Assembly: GCA_026389695.1 (NCBI GenBank)
Contig: JAPLHI010000036.1
Coordinates: forward strand, 1 to 61,559
DNA: 61,559 bases
Origin: Chloroflexota bacterium
GTDB taxonomy: Bacteria > Chloroflexota > Dehalococcoidia > GIF9 > UBA5629
Direction of reading: 5' to 3'
Shown here: in pieces, positions 27,026 to 37,002 of the stretch
Numbering within the stretch: position 1 is the stretch's first letter
Layout: the number at the start of each line of letters is the position of its first letter
The notes under the pieces: model-generated
What the model was told of the DNA's origin: nothing
The model's input: only the letters and a program-made list of their open reading frames with translations
Database searches by the model: none
Made by a program: the position numbers and the translations under genes

Positions 27026-29602
27026 ATGGAACTGGGTATTTCGATAAAACCGATTGGCATAGAAGAAGAAATGAAGCGCTCTTACCTTGATTATGCCATG
27101 AGCGTCATCGTATCAAGGGCTCTGCCCGATGTGCGCGACGGTTTGAAGCCGGTACACCGCCGTATCCTCTATGCTATGTCCGAGTTAAACCTCAGGTATA
27201 ACACGCCTCATAAGAAGAGCGCCCGCATCGTGGGTGAAGTGCTTGGTAAATATCATCCCCATGGCGACACTTCAGTTTATGACGCCATGGTAAGGCTGGC
27301 GCAGGATTTCTCCATGCGTTACAAGCTGGTAGACGGCCAGGGTAACTTCGGCAGTGTAGATGACGACCCGCCGGCAGCTATGAGGTATACAGAGGCACGC
27401 CTTGCCAGGATCGCCGAGGAAATGCTGGTTGATATCGACAAGGATACCGTGGATTTTGTGCCTAATTTTGACGACAGCCTTAAGGAACCCTCTGTATTAC
27501 CGGCAAGGTTGCCCAATCTTCTGGTGAATGGTTCTTCCGGAATAGCAGTTGGTATGGCTACCAATATACCCCCCCACAACCTGATGGAGATATGCGATGC
27601 AATTAACTACTTGGTTGATAATCCTGAGGCTACCGTAGATGAGCTGATGCAATTTGTAAAAGGGCCTGACTTTCCTACGGCAGGCATTATTTGCGGCGTG
27701 GAAGGTATTAAAAATGCGTATGCTACGGGGCAGGGAAAGGTGGTGCTGCGCGCCAGGGTAGTAGAAGAAAATACGAAGGGCGGTAAAGCCCAGTTGGTAA
27801 TCACCGAATTGCCCTACCAGACCAATAAGGCTGAACTGGTTAGAAAAATAGCTGATCTGGCCCGCGATAAGCGATTGGAGGGAGTGAGCGATGTACGTGA
27901 TGAGTCCGACAGGCAAGGAATGCGCGTGGTTATCGGGCTGAAAAAGGATGCTCATCCGGCCAAGGTTCAGAACAACCTTTTCAAGAATACCGTTATGCAA
28001 ACAGCGTTTTTCATTAATATGATCGCGCTGATTGACGGCCAGCCGAAGGTAATCAACCTTAAAGAAGCTCTCCAGTGTTATGTGGAATTCAGGCAGGTAG
28101 TAATTACCCGCAGGACGAAATATGACGTTCAGAAAGCCAAGGAAAGGGCGCATATACTGGAAGGATTCAAAATCGCGCTGGATCACCTGGATGCGGTTAT
28201 CAAAACCATACGTGAATCTGAGACTGCGGAAGCTGCGCGCGGCAACCTGATGACCGAATTCACGCTCACCCAGTTGCAGGCTCAGGCTATCCTTGATATG
28301 CAGCTACGCAGGCTGGCCAATCTTGAACGTAAAAAGATTATCGATGAATACAAAGACACGCTGAAAACCATAAATCAACTTGAGGATTTGCTGGCTAACC
28401 CGGCAGAAATGCTTAAGCTTATTCAAAAGGATATACTGGAACTTAAGACCAAGTATGGGGACGCGCGCCGCACCGTTATATCCGGTGAGGAAATAGGACA
28501 ATTCCAGGTGCAGGACCTTATCCCGCACCAGGATGTGATCGTAACCCTCAGTGAGCAGGGTTATATTAAGAGGATACCCGCGGATGTCTTCCGCAAGCAG
28601 TTGCGCGGTGGCAGGGGAGTTAAAGGCATGGTGACCAGGGAAAGCGATGATGTCATGAGCTCCCTGGCCGCGGATACACATGACAACCTGCTGTTCTTCA
28701 CCAACAGAGGCCGTGTGTTCAAGATGAAATGCCACGAGATACAGGCAGACCTTTCCAGGACTACCAAGGGTATCAATATTGTGAACCTTATCCCGGTTGA
28801 GGCTAAGGAAAAGGTCACCGCCATGTTTGTACCAGAGAAAACAGACCCCGGGCTTTTCATGTTGCTAGCCACGTCCAAAGGTATCGTGAAGAAGACCTGC
28901 ATGGATCATTTCCAGGAGGTCCGGCGCAACGGGCTGATAGCCATGAAGCTGAGACAGGAAGAGGAACTGATCGGTGTGGACGTAGTGAGCCAGTCTGACA
29001 GGGTAATGCTGGTAAGCCGTAACGGGCAGGCCGTGAAGTTCGCTGTAGAACCGCTGCGCAACGCATCTCGTACCAGCGGTGGGGTCAGGGGAATCAACCT
29101 GAACAAGGGCGATATAGTGGTCAGCATGGGTACGGTTCGGACAGGTTGCGACCTGATCACTGTGACTGAAAATGGCTATGGAAAACGGACGAGGGTGGAT
29201 AAATTCCCTCTGCACGGGAGGGGCGGAAAAGGGGTAATGGCTCACCGTGTGAACGCTAAGACCGGGAAAGTAATTGCCGCCAAGTTCGTACCGCCCGGAT
29301 ATGAGTTGTTTATTACAACTGCCAAGGGCATCCAGTTGAGGATTAACGTTGATGTTCAAAAAGAAGTTAGAGGCGTCGGCGAAGGCGAGAAAAAGAAAAG
29401 GCGCGAGGGCGTTCCGGTGAAAGGCAGGATCACACAGGGTGTCATGCTTTCAAGACTTGATGAAGACGACCGCGTGGTCTCCATAGCACTTGTCGAAAAG
29501 GAAAGTCTGGAGGAGACGGAAGCAAAGCAGACGAAGGCTATTACTAAACCTCCCAGTAAAGCTATTGTTCCCGAGCAGCCGCAACTTCCCTTTGCAGCAT
29601 AA
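27026..29602 (+). CDS. gyrA: DNA gyrase subunit A
   Basis: [44 protein letters not shown] (active-site Tyr region), and C-terminal beta-pinwheel repeats; 858 aa. Confidence 0.95.
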   Translation: MELGISIKPIGIEEEMKRSYLDYAMSVIVSRALPDVRDGLKPVHRRILYAMSELNLRYNTPHKKSARIVGEVLGKYHPHGDTSVYDAMVRLAQDFSMRYKLVDGQGNFGSVDDDPPAAMRYTEARLARIAEEMLVDIDKDTVDFVPNFDDSLKEPSVLPARLPNLLVNGSSGIAVGMATNIPPHNLMEICDAINYLVDNPEATVDELMQFVKGPDFPTAGIICGVEGIKNAYATGQGKVVLRARVVEENTKGGKAQLVITELPYQTNKAELVRKIADLARDKRLEGVSDVRDESDRQGMRVVIGLKKDAHPAKVQNNLFKNTVMQTAFFINMIALIDGQPKVINLKEALQCYVEFRQVVITRRTKYDVQKAKERAHILEGFKIALDHLDAVIKTIRESETAEAARGNLMTEFTLTQLQAQAILDMQLRRLANLERKKIIDEYKDTLKTINQLEDLLANPAEMLKLIQKDILELKTKYGDARRTVISGEEIGQFQVQDLIPHQDVIVTLSEQGYIKRIPADVFRKQLRGGRGVKGMVTRESDDVMSSLAADTHDNLLFFTNRGRVFKMKCHEIQADLSRTTKGINIVNLIPVEAKEKVTAMFVPEKTDPGLFMLLATSKGIVKKTCMDHFQEVRRNGLIAMKLRQEEELIGVDVVSQSDRVMLVSRNGQAVKFAVEPLRNASRTSGGVRGINLNKGDIVVSMGTVRTGCDLITVTENGYGKRTRVDKFPLHGRGGKGVMAHRVNAKTGKVIAAKFVPPGYELFITTAKGIQLRINVDVQKEVRGVGEGEKKKRREGVPVKGRITQGVMLSRLDEDDRVVSIALVEKESLEETEAKQTKAITKPPSKAIVPEQPQLPFAA

Positions 29603-30208
29603 ATGGAAAATTTTATAAAGGTACTGCAGCAGTTCGGTCTGACATTCTTACCCATTTTTGTGGCCATGGATGCAATAAGCGTCGTTCCCATTCTACTGCC
29701 CCTGACCCAGGATATGCAGGCAAAGGAAAGACGCAGGGTAATCCGGCTTGCGCTTATAACCGCGCTCGGACTGGGATTAGGTTTTGTTGCCATAGGCAAG
29801 GGAATTTTTGTTTTTCTTGGTATCACAGCCAATGACTTTATGATCGCGGGTGGCCTTTTTCTCTTCCTCCTTGCCGCCAAGGAAATGATCACGGGTAAAA
29901 TGTTTGAAACACAGGCTTCCATAGGCGCCGAAATGATAGGCGTAGTACCCATCGGTACACCGCTCATTGTAGGCCCGGCCGTACTAACCACATTACTTAT
30001 ATTAAGTGACCTGTACAATATAATTATCGTGATTATTGCCTTTATCACTAATCTTCTGATTGCATGGCTGATTTTTGCGCAGGCAACCAGGCTGGTTACA
30101 TTCCTTGGACAATCGGGTGTCAAGGCTGCTTCCAAGATCATGGGGCTCTTTCTGGCGGCTATTGCAGTGAAAATGGTGCGTCAGGGTATTATGGGGATCA
30201 TCGGTTGA
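29603..30208 (+). CDS. MarC-family (UPF0056) integral membrane protein
   Basis: 201 aa, about 6 TM segments, N-terminal FVAMDAISVVPILLPLT resembles the MarC signature. Confidence 0.55.
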   Translation: MENFIKVLQQFGLTFLPIFVAMDAISVVPILLPLTQDMQAKERRRVIRLALITALGLGLGFVAIGKGIFVFLGITANDFMIAGGLFLFLLAAKEMITGKMFETQASIGAEMIGVVPIGTPLIVGPAVLTTLLILSDLYNIIIVIIAFITNLLIAWLIFAQATRLVTFLGQSGVKAASKIMGLFLAAIAVKMVRQGIMGIIG

Positions 30209-30236
30209 AACCCCTCTGAAAATCAAATATTCAGGT

Positions 30237-30941
30237 GTGAAAAATATGAAGCTTATTTTTGTTCATGGTTCCGGAGGTTGCGGCGCCATGTGGCAACTTC
30301 AGACACAATATTTCAAGGACGCGGATGCTGTAGATCTTCCCGGCCATCCGCAAGGTAAGTTATGCATCAGCGTTGAGGAATATGCCGACTGGCTGCATGA
30401 CTATGTCAGGGAAAAGAGATATAAGGATATCGTGCTTGCAGGGCACTCCCTGGGAGGTGGTATAGTGCTGGCTTATGCGCTCAAATATCCACAGGACTTG
30501 AAGGGTATAATAATTGTGGGATCAGGGGCCCGCCTGCGTGTGCTGCCCCTCCTCTTGGAGGCCACCAGGGGCAAGCTTAATGATACTCAGGGTTGGTTGG
30601 ACGAGCTGGTGGTACCGCTTTACGCCACTGTCGATGAAAACATACGCTGGATAATACTGCCGAAGCTAACTGCTGTGGGACCCGCGGCACAGTTGAACGA
30701 CTTTCTTTGCTGCGATAAATTCGATATTATGGATCAAGTCAGTCTCATCAAAGTGCCTGCGCTGGCTATCGTGGGCGATAACGACACTATGACACCGGTA
30801 AAATATTCGCAGTATCTGGTGAAAAATATGACCGACTGTAAAATGACGGTCATTGAAGGGGCAACGCATCTGGCTTGCCTTGAGAAGCCCGATGATGTAC
30901 ACCGGGCCATAGAAGTATTCGTGAAAGCAATAGGAAGTTAG
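30237..30941 (+). CDS. alpha/beta-fold hydrolase
   Basis: FVHGSGG oxyanion region and GHSLGG nucleophile elbow; the likely true start is ATG 30246. Confidence 0.75.
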   Translation: MKNMKLIFVHGSGGCGAMWQLQTQYFKDADAVDLPGHPQGKLCISVEEYADWLHDYVREKRYKDIVLAGHSLGGGIVLAYALKYPQDLKGIIIVGSGARLRVLPLLLEATRGKLNDTQGWLDELVVPLYATVDENIRWIILPKLTAVGPAAQLNDFLCCDKFDIMDQVSLIKVPALAIVGDNDTMTPVKYSQYLVKNMTDCKMTVIEGATHLACLEKPDDVHRAIEVFVKAIGS

Positions 30942-30956
30942 GAAGTATATCGTATT

Positions 30957-32075
30957 ATGAGAGGCTCTCTGCGTATAGCGCGTATAGCCGGAATCGACAT
31001 CAGGATTCACTACACCTGGATATTCATTTTTTTTCTGATAACCTGGTCACTGGCAGTAGCGTATTTTCCCGTTGAGTATCCGGGGTGGGATATTGCGGTC
31101 TACTGGATAACATCGGTTGCAGCGGCGCTGCTGTTGTTTATTTCCGTTCTGCTGCACGAGCTGGCGCACTCTCTGGTAGCCAAATCACGCGGCCTCCCCG
31201 TTAAAAGCATCACGCTGTTTCTGCTGGGGGGTATCAGCAATCTTGAGAGTGAGCCACAAGACCCCGGACTGGAGTTCATGGTGGCCATAGCAGGTCCTCT
31301 TTCCAGTCTGGTACTGGCTGCCATTTTCTGGGGTGTGGATACGCTGGGGCTGACTACACTGAGCCCGGTTAAGGCGACGGTTGATTATTTGATCACAATT
31401 AATATATTGCTGGCTGCGTTTAATATACTGCCGGGTTTCCCGCTGGATGGCGGGCGTGTTTTACGCTCTATTATTTGGGGTGCTACCGGCAATCTTCAGA
31501 AAGCTACCAACATCGCCTCCACAGTTGGCCAGGCCTTCGGATGGCTCATGATTGCCCTTGGCGTTTTCTGGGCCCTCACGGGCAATCTGATGAATGGTAT
31601 CTGGCTGGTATTTATCGGCTGGTTTCTTAACGGCGCGGCAGAGTCGGCGCGGCGCGAATTGGAGCTGCGCTCGCTCTGGTTGAATGTGCGTGTGGCCAAC
31701 GTGATGAACGATAGACCTGAAACTATTGAGTCCGTGGCGCCCGTGGATAAGCTTGTTAATGAAGTCTATGTCAAGAGAGGTATGAGAACGGCGCCCGTGG
31801 TTGACGATAACAGACTGGTGGGCATTATAACGCTTACTGATGTGAGGAAAATACCCCAGGATACGTGGCAGATGACACCGGTTTCACAGGCTATGACGCG
31901 TAGCCCGTTATATACGGTGAAGCCGGATGACAACATGAGCGTAGCAGTTAACCTGATGGCGGAACATGGAGTCAACCAGTTGCCCGTAGTAGTTGAAGAT
32001 AGACTTGTCGGTATGCTGTGCCGGGCAGATGTCATCAGGTACGTGCAGGTACACCATGAGCTGGGTCGTCGATAG
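30957..32075 (+). CDS. M50 site-2 protease family metalloprotease with C-terminal CBS pair
   Basis: HELAHS zinc motif in TM helices, NILPGFPLDGGR motif, two CBS-like repeats at the C-terminus; 372 aa. Confidence 0.85.
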   Translation: MRGSLRIARIAGIDIRIHYTWIFIFFLITWSLAVAYFPVEYPGWDIAVYWITSVAAALLLFISVLLHELAHSLVAKSRGLPVKSITLFLLGGISNLESEPQDPGLEFMVAIAGPLSSLVLAAIFWGVDTLGLTTLSPVKATVDYLITINILLAAFNILPGFPLDGGRVLRSIIWGATGNLQKATNIASTVGQAFGWLMIALGVFWALTGNLMNGIWLVFIGWFLNGAAESARRELELRSLWLNVRVANVMNDRPETIESVAPVDKLVNEVYVKRGMRTAPVVDDNRLVGIITLTDVRKIPQDTWQMTPVSQAMTRSPLYTVKPDDNMSVAVNLMAEHGVNQLPVVVEDRLVGMLCRADVIRYVQVHHELGRR

Positions 32076-32113
32076 TAGCTCTGTAACACGGGTGAGTAAA
32101 AAGGATTGCCCTG

Positions 32114-32575
32114 CTATTTCACGTGTGGTTTCCGTATAGTTAATACCGGGCAGGAGGCCTGCCTTACAATCTGCTCGGTAACAGATCCGGATATAAACCT
32201 CCGCCAGCCGGATAAACCGTGCGTAGCAATCACAATCAGGTCAATATTTTTTTCGGCGGCATAACGCGTGATTTCACCGGCAGCATTGCCGATAAGTACC
32301 TCGGTGACCACAGTGACACCCTTGGTAATGCGCTGCTCTATAAGGCTTTTAATAGATCTTTCAGATTGCGCCTCGAGCTCCTGCTGATACGAGGATACGT
32401 TAAAACTGGCCGACTCCACCCCTATGGGAGCTTCAACGATGGGGACCAGCGGTACCGTGTTTATTATATGTAAAGTTGCAGAGAAATGGGCGGCAAGCTC
32501 ATCAGCAGCTTTGAGTGCCTCGAAAGAAGGTTCGCTGAAATCGGTCGGACACAGTATGTTCTTGATCGGCAGCAT
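32114..32575 (-). CDS. universal stress protein (UspA family)
   Basis: 153 aa with ILCPTDFSE and ATHGLSGWRRFISGSVTEQIVRQASCPVLT (ATP-binding G-x2-G-x9-GS). Confidence 0.85.
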   Translation of the reverse strand: MLPIKNILCPTDFSEPSFEALKAADELAAHFSATLHIINTVPLVPIVEAPIGVESASFNVSSYQQELEAQSERSIKSLIEQRITKGVTVVTEVLIGNAAGEITRYAAEKNIDLIVIATHGLSGWRRFISGSVTEQIVRQASCPVLTIRKPHVK

Positions 32576-32777
32576 CTCTATTTACCCCTCCATTAAAGAT
32601 TTAATCGCGCATGTTGTAATTTATTCGCAAGCCCAACCCTTTTAAAGAAACTGCTTGCGATTTATTTTGCAGCTATATTTACATCATAACAGGCATAATT
32701 TGTCAAGGGATTTTATATATATTTTTTAGTTTTACTGTTGTATAATCGTGTAAATATAGCTGTCATCACGTATTTAT

Positions 32778-33602
32778 ATGCAGCAGACATTTGTATGTCC
32801 CCGGTGTAATAACATAGCCCATCTAGGGCAGCGCTTTTGCGGCTATTGCGACCTGAGCTTTGTGTATAAATGCCAGCAATGCGGCAGCGTGGTTGATCCA
32901 GGCTTCAATTACTGCGGAGGATGCGGCACCAAGGTTAGCTGGATAATTCCTCTGCATCCAAAAAAAGAGACACCGCAGGTTGAGGAGGCCGGGGAATCAA
33001 GGGAAGTTACAACTCAAAAAACACGGAGACACCCTGCTGAAATTCACCAAGAAAAAAGCTTCGACCTGCTTAAAGAAGGGCATTATACGCTAGCCATCGA
33101 TGAATTGACCAAGGCTATCCATTACGACCCTGACAAAGCTATAGTGTACCTGCTGCGCGGAGGCGCCTATTATAAAAATGGCGATTACAAACTGGCATTA
33201 CCTGATTTTGACAAGGCCATAGAACTTGATCCAAACCTTTCGGCGGCATTTTATAACCGCGGCAGCATATTTTATTATAGGGAACAGTTTGACAGGGCTA
33301 TCCAGGATTTCACGCAGGCCATCAACCTGGATTCGAGTGACCCGGGAGCATTCCATAACCGGGGGTGTGCTTACCTCATGAAAGAAGAATACGACAAGGC
33401 TATTGAAGATATCAGCATGTCTATAGTTCTGGACTCGAGCGATCCCAGGGTTTACCACAGCCGGGGGACAGCCTACATGAAAAGCGGGAGAACAAGACAG
33501 GCCATACAGGATTTCAAAAAAGTTATCAGCATGGCCACGGATAAGGATATTGCCCACAGGGCTGAGCTAATACTTGAGGAACTTGAGGCAGCCGAGTCCT
33601 GA
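32778..33602 (+). CDS. double zinc-ribbon plus TPR-repeat protein
   Basis: N-terminal CPRCN...CGYC and CQQCG...CGGCG, followed by about 5 TPR repeats (AIELDPN, AINLDSSDP, IVLDSSDP). Confidence 0.65.
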   Translation: MQQTFVCPRCNNIAHLGQRFCGYCDLSFVYKCQQCGSVVDPGFNYCGGCGTKVSWIIPLHPKKETPQVEEAGESREVTTQKTRRHPAEIHQEKSFDLLKEGHYTLAIDELTKAIHYDPDKAIVYLLRGGAYYKNGDYKLALPDFDKAIELDPNLSAAFYNRGSIFYYREQFDRAIQDFTQAINLDSSDPGAFHNRGCAYLMKEEYDKAIEDISMSIVLDSSDPRVYHSRGTAYMKSGRTRQAIQDFKKVISMATDKDIAHRAELILEELEAAES

Positions 33603-33612
33603 TAATACGTTA

Positions 33613-34824
33613 TTAAGCAGCGCCCGAGTCATCTTCCTTTTCTTCCGGGGGAATTTCAAGCAAGATAACATCACCTTCGCTGATTTGTACCTCTTCTATG
33701 CCCCTCTCTTTCCGGATATCATCAATTTTATTGAGCGGCTTTTCAAGCTGATTGCGGCGTGTGCTCGACAGGCTGTTAAACTCGTTCTGTGCTTCCTGGA
33801 TTTTCTTGCCTATTTTATCCATCGATTCCGCAAAGCGTTTCCACTGCTTGCCAAACTCGTTAAACAGCTTCAATATCTCGTTGGTGGCCTTTTCCATCTT
33901 GAAGTTCTCCAGTGCCTGCCTGATAAGCGCCAGGATGGCATAAAGAGTTACAGGTGAACACAAAACGACTTTGTTTTTCAGGGCAACGTCCAGTAGGGTG
34001 GGATCGTTTTCGTTAATAAAGTGGTAGACCTGCTCGTTGGGTATTAGTACCAGCACGTAGTCCACAGTATTTTCTTCAGGATTGATATAGTCTCTGGTGG
34101 TTACCTCTTTGATGCGTTGCCGGGTGTCACTTATAAAGGCTACCCTGAAGATCTCCCTGTCGGCTTCTGCTTCCGCATTTACATATTTCATATAGTTGTC
34201 AAGGGGAAACTTAACGTCCATGTTTAATAGCAGCTTGTTAGGCAGCAGGAAAGTATAATCTGGCCTGGAGCCGGATACGTCCGAGGTCTGTTGTTTGATG
34301 TAGTTGGTCCCTTCAACGAGCCCGATATTTTGCAGTATATCGTCGGCCATGCGCTCGCCCCATTGACCTCGCACCCGGGTGTTACCCAGCGCCATCTGGA
34401 GTTTGCCCGTTGTTTCCTGAAGCCTCATGGTCTGTTCCGAGGCAAGCTGAATCTGCTGGCTGAGCTGGCCGAATTTCTCCGCCCGGTCCTTTTCGAAATT
34501 GTTTACCAGGTTCTCCACATTATTCAGGTTGTCCCGGATCTCTTTGAGTGATTGGTCTATAAGCTGCTTTTTGGCATCGAGGTTTTGTTCTCCAAGCGCG
34601 GTGTGCTTGGAAATGACTTCCTCCGATAAATTTACCAGGTGCTGTACGGAGGTTTGCATAGATGTATCGGTGAAGGCGGCAAGGTTCTTTTGTATATCGC
34701 CGCTGATAGCAAGCATATCCTGCTTGTAGTATGGCTTATAAACGCGCGTGATGACGATTGTTACGATCACACCGATAAGGAGTCCCGCTGCAAAGATCAG
34801 TCCGTAAATCATTAAGTCATTCAT
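33613..34824 (-). CDS. rmuC: DNA recombination protein RmuC
   Basis: N-terminal TM anchor, long coiled-coil, and a C-terminal RmuC nuclease-like region (RPDYTFLLP, DVKFPL, DYVLVLIPNEQVYHF); 403 aa. Confidence 0.8.
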   Translation of the reverse strand: MNDLMIYGLIFAAGLLIGVIVTIVITRVYKPYYKQDMLAISGDIQKNLAAFTDTSMQTSVQHLVNLSEEVISKHTALGEQNLDAKKQLIDQSLKEIRDNLNNVENLVNNFEKDRAEKFGQLSQQIQLASEQTMRLQETTGKLQMALGNTRVRGQWGERMADDILQNIGLVEGTNYIKQQTSDVSGSRPDYTFLLPNKLLLNMDVKFPLDNYMKYVNAEAEADREIFRVAFISDTRQRIKEVTTRDYINPEENTVDYVLVLIPNEQVYHFINENDPTLLDVALKNKVVLCSPVTLYAILALIRQALENFKMEKATNEILKLFNEFGKQWKRFAESMDKIGKKIQEAQNEFNSLSSTRRNQLEKPLNKIDDIRKERGIEEVQISEGDVILLEIPPEEKEDDSGAA

Positions 34825-34892
34825 ACTTCACCGCCTAATAAATTATTGCGCATGAATTTTAATCGGCCGGTCATTATCCGGAATAATTTTCT

Positions 34893-35489
34893 CTAAAACC
34901 TCGGTATAAGTTCATCCCAGGGTGTGTTTTTATCAATACCCAGAGAAGAAGCTATCATAAACAGGGAAAATAGCAGGACAATCACCGCTATAATCAAAAT
35001 TACGTAGGCGGCCAGCCCGATAACTCCCCACCACATCCACCTCCTCTGCACCTGCTTGAAATGATCGATGCTGTCCCATTTCTTGCTTCGCCAGGCCCAT
35101 TCATTACCCTTAATGCCCAGTATGATACGCATAGTCAGGCCGGCGATCCAACCGACATAGGGTAAAATGCTCAGCAAGGCCAGCAATGAGATCCAGACAT
35201 TATTGCCTATTCCCCAGATCCAGGTAAGTAAAAAGCCGCCCCAGTTCCAGCCTTTGATTTCGCTAGGAACATTCGCTAAAGAACCGGTTCCGGAAGTATT
35301 AAAGCCTGTGGCGACAGGTTTCGCGGGCCAGGAGCCCGTTTTTAAGCGCGTTTCAACACAGGAGTTGCAGTATATCTGGTTGCCTATAGATGTTTTGCAT
35401 TCGGGGCAGACAAACCGGCCGCAACTGAAACAGGCGCCTGTGGCATCGCGGTCCAGGTGAACTGAGCATTTCATCATTGTTGCCTCCAC
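34893..35489 (-). CDS. B-box-type zinc-ribbon / DUF2628-like membrane protein (paralog 2)
   Basis: CSVHLDRDATGACFSCGRFVCPEC...YCNSC, then WNWGGFLLTWIWGIGNNVW, GNEWAWRSKKW, and a C-terminal TM segment. Confidence 0.6.
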   Translation of the reverse strand: MEATMMKCSVHLDRDATGACFSCGRFVCPECKTSIGNQIYCNSCVETRLKTGSWPAKPVATGFNTSGTGSLANVPSEIKGWNWGGFLLTWIWGIGNNVWISLLALLSILPYVGWIAGLTMRIILGIKGNEWAWRSKKWDSIDHFKQVQRRWMWWGVIGLAAYVILIIAVIVLLFSLFMIASSLGIDKNTPWDELIPRF

Positions 35490-35527
35490 CCATTATCCCT
35501 TATAAAGATCACGGTCAACATGGCTGA

Positions 35528-36073
35528 TTAATACCACTGTACTCCTGATTGCTGGATACCCCAGAGTATTAGCATGGCGCCCCCCACGAGGATTGTTACC
35601 AGCAGGAACGTTAAGACTACGGTGATGCCGAGACTCCACTTCATCCAGGTGCGTTGGACTTTCTTAAAGTGTTCTATGCTCTCCCACCTTTTGTTCTGCC
35701 AGGACCACTCGTTGCCCTTAAAAGCGAGAACCCAGGGCATTACCAGCGGACCGAGGTAGGGGACGAAGACAAGAAAAGACCACCACACGTTGTTGCCAAT
35801 ACCCCAGATCCAGGTGAGAAGGAAGCCGCCCCAATTCCATTCCCCGAGGTCAGGCGGGACTGAGGATTTACTCCCCATTCCGGACGTATTAACAAAACCG
35901 GGCGCTGCGGCTGGTACAGTGACTGGCGCTGTAGAGGGTACCAGTTTTTTTTCAATACAGGCGTTACAATAAGTTTTCCCTTCGTATAAAACCTTGCACT
36001 CAGGGCAGACTGCTTTACCGCACTCCACGCAACTATCTACAGCTTCCCTATCCGAATGTACTGCGCAGTTCAT
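35528..36073 (-). CDS. B-box-type zinc-ribbon / DUF2628-like membrane protein (paralog 1)
   Basis: CAVHSDREAVDSCVECGKAVCPEC...YCNAC, then WNWGGFLLTWIWGIGNNVW, GNEWSWQNKRW, and a C-terminal TM segment. Confidence 0.6.
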   Translation of the reverse strand: MNCAVHSDREAVDSCVECGKAVCPECKVLYEGKTYCNACIEKKLVPSTAPVTVPAAAPGFVNTSGMGSKSSVPPDLGEWNWGGFLLTWIWGIGNNVWWSFLVFVPYLGPLVMPWVLAFKGNEWSWQNKRWESIEHFKKVQRTWMKWSLGITVVLTFLLVTILVGGAMLILWGIQQSGVQWY

Positions 36074-36189
36074 GCAAGCCTCCTTTTTACACAGCGGGAG
36101 ATGATTCCGGTTAATAATACTATATTAAGTAAAGTATATGACAAGCGTATGCCATAAATCTACCTGAGTTATCCCGAATTATTGAATGG

Positions 36190-36219
36190 TTGCAACTCAG
36201 CGGCATCACCGGATATAAA
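36190..36219 (+). promoter_or_regulatory. candidate promoter of a short independent transcription unit
   Basis: TTGCAA, 18 nt, TATAAA. Confidence 0.25.
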
Positions 36220-36272
36220 CTTTTTTGGAGGTACTGCCGTTATATATTTCAGAAAACAGCGATAGAAGCGAT

Positions 36273-36377
36273 ATGAAGAGGGCAGGTAAAATGAGTACCA
36301 ATTTACAGTTTGCCGCAATTTTAATTGGGTATACCATTGTATGCACTATTATGGTGCTATTTGCCTGTTCTCAGTGA
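36273..36377 (+). CDS. possible 34-aa small membrane protein (not in the ORF track)
   Basis: MKRAGKMSTNLQFAAILIGYTIVCTIMVLFACSQ: a basic N-terminus plus one hydrophobic helix, followed by a terminator. No convincing RBS. Confidence 0.25.
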   Translation: MKRAGKMSTNLQFAAILIGYTIVCTIMVLFACSQ

Positions 36378-36403
36378 CTCGTCCGCGGCATCACCTCCGC
36401 GAT

Positions 36404-36445
36404 CTTCCCCGGCCTCATCCTCAGGGACGGGGAAGATTTGTTTTT
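36404..36445 (+). terminator. intrinsic terminator
   Basis: CTTCCCCG, 16-nt loop, CGGGGAAG, followed by ATTTGTTTTT. Confidence 0.55.
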
Positions 36446-36540
36446 AGGGGTTGTTGATTGTAAACAAACTCCGTAATATACTTAACCGGATTGCCGGTTG
36501 CACAATGGTCGGCATAGTTTATCTAAATAAAGTCCGACAT

Positions 36541-37002
36541 ATGAAAGTAGGAGTTATTTCTGATACACATCTGCGCTCTTTCCCGGAGATGCCGCAGGAG
36601 CTGATAAGGGCGATGTCACAAATGGACCTTATCATTCATGCCGGGGATATTGTGACCCTCGATATTATCAAGGGTCTGGAAAAGCTGGCTCCTGTTCGGG
36701 CGGTATGCGGAAATATGGATCTGCCTGAGGTGCGGATCAAGCTGCCGGAAAAGCAGGTTGTCGAGGTAGAGGGAAGAAAAATCGGAGTAGTACACGGGTA
36801 TGGAAGTGTAGGAGTGACCGCAGAACAGGTGAAACAATTATTTTCGGATGTAAACGCTGTTGTTTTCGGGCATACCCATGAACCGATGAACAAGTTAATC
36901 GGAGGGGTGCTTTTTTTCAATCCCGGTCGGGCCTGTAACTCATACGGAATACTCACGGTCGGGAACAAGATAACCGGGGAAATAAAGGAAAATTACTTTT
37001 AA
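36541..37002 (+). CDS. YfcE/MJ0936-family metallophosphoesterase
   Basis: MKVGVISDTHL, HAGD, GNMD and GHTH motifs. The ORF is open from 36451, but family members start at the MK.G.ISDTH motif. Confidence 0.8.
   Translation: MKVGVISDTHLRSFPEMPQELIRAMSQMDLIIHAGDIVTLDIIKGLEKLAPVRAVCGNMDLPEVRIKLPEKQVVEVEGRKIGVVHGYGSVGVTAEQVKQLFSDVNAVVFGHTHEPMNKLIGGVLFFNPGRACNSYGILTVGNKITGEIKENYF

Noticed and set aside
29356-30141. Long antisense or out-of-frame ORFs in the track, for example 29356..30141, 1453..2118, 7989..8801, 27497..28186, 47243..47788 and 51662..52135.
   Set aside because: Each lies entirely within, or opposite, a strongly conserved gene (gyrA/marC, CoA-transferase, acsB, rpsC, rpsE...). 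Their translations are low-complexity with no recognisable motifs, so I treated them as shadow ORFs.
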